This document shows positions 16,973-20,000 of a stretch of 20,000 nucleotides of DNA, in pieces. Origin of the DNA: an uncultured virus (IMG/VR IMGVR_UViG_3300043438_001628). Taxonomy: Duplodnaviria > Heunggongvirae > Uroviricota > Caudoviricetes. Positions within the stretch are counted from its first letter, which is position 1, and every line of letters begins with the position of its first letter. The notes below the pieces were generated by a model. The model was not told where the DNA came from and did not search any database. It saw only the letters and a program-made list of their open reading frames with translations. A program made the position numbers and the translations under genes. Where the stretch lies: the IMG/VR virus record IMGVR_UViG_3300043438_001628; one strand, 5' to 3'.

Positions 16973-17608
16973 ATGATCAATATATCCCCATTATCAGGAA
17001 CTGATCCTTTGATTGTTAATATAATAGTGTCTCCAGAAACTGGAAACTATTACAATATATACATATTTGACGATTTCGGTGGGGCAATCTATACTCAACT
17101 AGTGTCTTATGTTGAATTATCACACACATTTAATGTTTCACTAATTCCCGGAAACAATTATATATATTGGGAATACAGAAGAATAAGCGATGATTCGTAT
17201 ATAGATACAGCAGATGTTTTCATAACCGTATCGGAATCAACCACAACAACTCCGACTCCAACCTCCACCAGCACATCTACTAGTACATCTACTAGTACAT
17301 CGACAACATCTCCCCCCACTACACCGAGTCCGACAACAGTCCAGCCGAAAATACCATGTTGCCCTCCAAGAGTGCGATACATTTTTCCACCCCCCGTTGA
17401 GAATACTACAAAAAAACCAATTGAATTACCTCCCATCACCAAAGTAGTAATCCCAAGCGCTCAAACCCTCACAGACCCATCCACAATCAGTTCGACTACT
17501 ATAGCACCAACTACGACTCCAACTACAACTAATCAACCCGCTACAACACAGCCGCCAGCTAATACTACATCATGTATTAATACACATTGCAAAAAATTAA
17601 ATTTTTGA
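16973..17608 (+). CDS. Mucin-like Ser/Thr/Pro-rich protein B with N-terminal beta-rich (possibly Ig-like) domain (211 aa)
   Basis: About 87 aa globular N-terminus, then TTTTPTPTSTSTSTS..., PCCPP, LPPITKVVIP, a Thr/Pro tract and C-terminal CINTHCKKLNF. Paralogous to protein A. Confidence 0.8.
   Translation: MINISPLSGTDPLIVNIIVSPETGNYYNIYIFDDFGGAIYTQLVSYVELSHTFNVSLIPGNNYIYWEYRRISDDSYIDTADVFITVSESTTTTPTPTSTSTSTSTSTSTSTTSPPTTPSPTTVQPKIPCCPPRVRYIFPPPVENTTKKPIELPPITKVVIPSAQTLTDPSTISSTTIAPTTTPTTTNQPATTQPPANTTSCINTHCKKLNF
17267..17302 (+). repeat. 12-bp tandem repeat (ACTAGTACATCT, about 3 copies) encoding TSTS
   Basis: ACCAGCACATCT-ACTAGTACATCT-ACTAGTACATCG. Confidence 0.85.
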
Positions 17609-17614
17609 TAAATT

Positions 17615-18445
17615 ATGTCAATGAGAAAACTGACAATTGGGATGGCTGTTCACGATGATATCGACGGATTGTATTTTACAATACAGGCGATAAGAATGTT
17701 TCACAAAGAAGTACTCAATGATATTGAATTTGTAGTAGTTGACAATAATCCATCTGGAAATCACTCCAAGTGTATACGAGACTTTATCGATTGGGTGCAG
17801 GAGCCAATTCAGTATCTACCATTCACCAATTTTAAATCTACTTCTATCAGAAATAAAATTTTTGAATTAGCTGATACTCCGTATGTTATGAGTATCGATA
17901 GCCATGTTCTCATCGAACCCGGTGCAATTAAAAAATTAATTAAATTTTATGACAACAACAAAGATGATGGAAATTTACTACAAGGACCGCTTGTATATGA
18001 TGATCTTAGATCGGTATCTACCCATTTTGATCTTGTGTGGCAATCAAATATGTGGGGGGTGTGGGGTAACGATAAACGCGGTGAAGATCCTGATGGACCA
18101 CCTTTTGAAATACCCGCTCAAGGCTTGGGTTTATTCTCTTGTCGCAAAGATGCGTGGTTAGGATTCAACAAAAACTTTAGAGGATTCGGAGGTGAAGAGG
18201 GCTATATCCATAAAAAATACGAAAAACATGGTAAAAAGACACTATGTTTGCCATTTTTAAGATGGAATCACCGTTTTTACAGACCCGCTGGCGTGAGTTA
18301 CCCAAATGAATTGCCGCAAAGAGTTAAAAATTATTTGATCGGATTCCATGAATTGGGGTTAGACACGACAGAACTTAAGAATCACTTCAAAGATTCTGTT
18401 GGATCTTCTAAAATAGAAGAACTTGAAAGAGAATTACTCAACTAA
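17615..18445 (+). CDS. GT-A fold glycosyltransferase (GT2-like) with polypeptide GalNAc/GlcNAc-transferase-type motifs
   Basis: LTIGMAVHDD, IEFVVVDNN, RN, YVMSIDSH (D95-x-H97), GLGLFS, FGGEE (191-195), WNHRF (H219). The start could instead be ATG 17621. Confidence 0.9.
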   Translation: MSMRKLTIGMAVHDDIDGLYFTIQAIRMFHKEVLNDIEFVVVDNNPSGNHSKCIRDFIDWVQEPIQYLPFTNFKSTSIRNKIFELADTPYVMSIDSHVLIEPGAIKKLIKFYDNNKDDGNLLQGPLVYDDLRSVSTHFDLVWQSNMWGVWGNDKRGEDPDGPPFEIPAQGLGLFSCRKDAWLGFNKNFRGFGGEEGYIHKKYEKHGKKTLCLPFLRWNHRFYRPAGVSYPNELPQRVKNYLIGFHELGLDTTELKNHFKDSVGSSKIEELERELLN

Positions 18446-18677
18446 GCAAACCATGCTCAAGCTCATATTCAACATCATGTAGAATAGAAGGAAATCTCTC
18501 TTCGATATAGTGTTCTATGGCAACTGGTTTTAGAAATTTATCCAGTTTGACATCCAATTCATGCGCTTTTTCGGAAATTAGATCAAATGCTTCGATCAAA
18601 GACGCCCAACGGGCGAATGATACAGCGTTCATTTGTTCTACAGTTCCGTCTTTTCGTTCAATGTGTACTTGCTTCAT
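18438..18677 (-). CDS. Hypothetical protein (79 aa)
   Basis: ATG start, protein-like composition, last of three tightly packed minus-strand genes. Overlaps the GT gene convergently by 8 bp. Confidence 0.7.
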   Translation of the reverse strand: MKQVHIERKDGTVEQMNAVSFARWASLIEAFDLISEKAHELDVKLDKFLKPVAIEHYIEERFPSILHDVEYELEHGLLS

Positions 18678-18687
18678 GTGGATGATC

Positions 18688-19185
18688 TTACTCTAACGTT
18701 TTATTATCGCCCATGCTCTGAACTTTATTAATACTGTCGAATATTTGAGCGCTGTTCAATTCTTCAGTGAGAAGAAGCGAATCGTAGCTGACCATGACCT
18801 TGTATGAAGAATTACAAGATTGACATTTGCATACATTTTCAGCATTTGGAATTAAAATACCCTCAAACAATACCTTTCCACAATTACAGGGCAATTCAAC
18901 CACTTGTTCACTCAACATAGATTCATATTCAGCGATTACCTCTTCTTGTTCTGCGATTTTCTCAAACATATTGAGAATCTCAGTTTCATCAGCCGTGTGT
19001 TGCTTATCTTGAACAGATTCTAAGTGCGGTTTTATCAAAATAAAATACGAACCCAATATAATTGCTATCGCAGATAGCAAACATAGTGTATTTGTAAATG
19101 GGACAAAAGGTGATAGCCCATATGCGATTAGGGGATTAGTCAATGCCGCACACCCAAGTAGTTTGTAACCAATATCAATCTTCAT
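18688..19185 (-). CDS. Membrane-anchored protein with C-terminal Cys cluster (putative zinc ribbon), 165 aa
   Basis: Hydrophobic N-terminal ~50 aa (1-2 TM segments), acidic helical linker, then LPCNCG...CKCQSC. Confidence 0.7.
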   Translation of the reverse strand: MKIDIGYKLLGCAALTNPLIAYGLSPFVPFTNTLCLLSAIAIILGSYFILIKPHLESVQDKQHTADETEILNMFEKIAEQEEVIAEYESMLSEQVVELPCNCGKVLFEGILIPNAENVCKCQSCNSSYKVMVSYDSLLLTEELNSAQIFDSINKVQSMGDNKTLE

Positions 19186-19537
19186 TGGTTTCTAGCTTAC
19201 TTCGAATCGCGTATTTGTCAAGAGTTGGATCAACATTCTTTATCAAAAACCGAATCATCTTATCGACATTTTCCTTTAATCTAGTCAAATCCTTTTTATT
19301 TTTTAAATCTTTAGTGCTTAACACTTTATCGATATTGATTGATGCGTTCATCGCATTATCCACCATATTTGCGAAATATTCAGGAAGCATGGAAAGCTCG
19401 AACGGTAATGTAGGTATCGCTTCGTGTGTTATGTCCTCCTCTTTTTTTATTTGTTTGAACATTTCAGAAGTATCATCACTGAAATTAATATTTGATGATA
19501 AAAAACCAGTGGAATATGGAGAATCTTTGCTTGCCAT
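19175..19537 (-). CDS. Hypothetical protein (120 aa, MASKDSPYSTG...)
   Basis: Start reassigned from 19717 to ATG 19537. TAAATA lies 5 nt upstream on the minus strand, and the longer version would overlap the divergent gene. Confidence 0.72.
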   Translation of the reverse strand: MASKDSPYSTGFLSSNINFSDDTSEMFKQIKKEEDITHEAIPTLPFELSMLPEYFANMVDNAMNASINIDKVLSTKDLKNKKDLTRLKENVDKMIRFLIKNVDPTLDKYAIRSKLETNED

Positions 19538-19540
19538 TAA

Positions 19541-19568
19541 TATATTTACCTTTTTTACACTAAATATA
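19541..19568. promoter_or_regulatory. Back-to-back putative late promoters (TATATTTA...TAAATATA inverted pair)
   Basis: TAAATA on - (19543-19548) and on + (19561-19566), each exactly 5 nt from its ATG (19537 and 19572). Confidence 0.65.
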
Positions 19569-19571
19569 CGT

Positions 19572-20000
19572 ATGACCAATCTATACGGAAGACGTTTTAA
19601 AAAAATTCTATTAGAAGACGATGATGCGATGAATGTCGAGAGAGATGCGATGGAAGCATCCCTAGACGACGGCACCGATCCTACCCAATTCGATGCTGAT
19701 ACCAGCGTTAATGACACTCAGAGCGAACTCGCTGATATCTTATCAAAAAGAAACCAACAAATTGTAGGTGAATTACAAACTTGGATCAACGAAATTGATG
19801 GATTCTTAAAAGTTCTAAACAGCGAAGATCCATCAAGCATTCAAAGCAGATTAGCGAATGCTGAACCAGATACCGTCTTTGACAAGATGAAACAATCACA
19901 GCAAACTAAAATATCCAGAGTTGCATCCGACTTAGCTGCTCTCCATCAAGGATTCTTAGGATTCATGGCTCAGACCAAGAATGCGAAATACAAGTATGTC
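19572..20000 (+). CDS. Acidic hypothetical protein, 3'-truncated (MTNLYGRRFKKILLEDDDAMNVERDAMEASLDDGTDPTQFD...)
   Basis: Absent from the ORF track because no stop falls within the window. 143 open codons from ATG 19572, with TAAATA 5 nt upstream. Confidence 0.8.
   Translation, partial: MTNLYGRRFKKILLEDDDAMNVERDAMEASLDDGTDPTQFDADTSVNDTQSELADILSKRNQQIVGELQTWINEIDGFLKVLNSEDPSSIQSRLANAEPDTVFDKMKQSQQTKISRVASDLAALHQGFLGFMAQTKNAKYKYV

Noticed and set aside
16571..17310. Repeats as a possible CRISPR or mini-array
   Set aside because: They are contiguous in-frame coding repeats without unique spacers.
1050..17442. Numerous minus-strand ORFs of 63-142 aa inside the structural genes
   Set aside because: They are antisense shadows of long plus-strand genes. 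The Val-rich ones at 16681-16923 and 17158-17442 simply mirror Thr codons.
17949..19012. Short plus-strand ORFs 17949..18161 and 18827..19012
   Set aside because: Both are fully nested in better-supported genes and have no start signals or motifs.
19538..19717. N-terminal 60-aa extension of the minus-strand ORF given in the track
   Set aside because: It overlaps the divergent plus-strand gene and the promoter pair. ATG 19537 fits the TAAATA spacing.
1..20000. Stop-codon reassignment as seen in some large phages
   Set aside because: Genes tile the window with the standard code, and TAA, TGA and TAG all appear as apparent gene ends.

Overview
This AT-rich, densely coding window looks like part of a large T4-like (myovirus-type) phage genome. 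No RNA genes, CRISPR arrays or mobile elements are visible. Bases 1-18445 are co-oriented on +: two basic proteins, a gp25-like and a gp6-like baseplate gene, five large uncharacterised putative baseplate proteins (PKD-like and LamG-like segments), a gp10-C-like protein, and two paralogous fibre proteins with Mtd-N-type N-termini (one with a tail-collar domain). A four-gene block follows: an L-type-lectin-like protein, two paralogous mucin-like Ser/Thr/Pro-rich proteins, and a GT-A glycosyltransferase. The enzyme carries a DxH motif, an FGGE motif and a downstream His arranged as in polypeptide GalNAc/GlcNAc transferases (GT27/GT60). This block is the best candidate for an undescribed system, a phage-encoded mucin-type protein O-glycosylation module. 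Three short minus-strand genes and a divergent, truncated plus-strand gene end the window. A TAAATA motif (T4 late-promoter core) sits 5-7 nt before many ATGs, suggesting leaderless late mRNAs. It also marks a possible nested in-frame gene at 435 and a back-to-back promoter pair at 19541-19568. All family calls are by-eye motif recognition, not database results.
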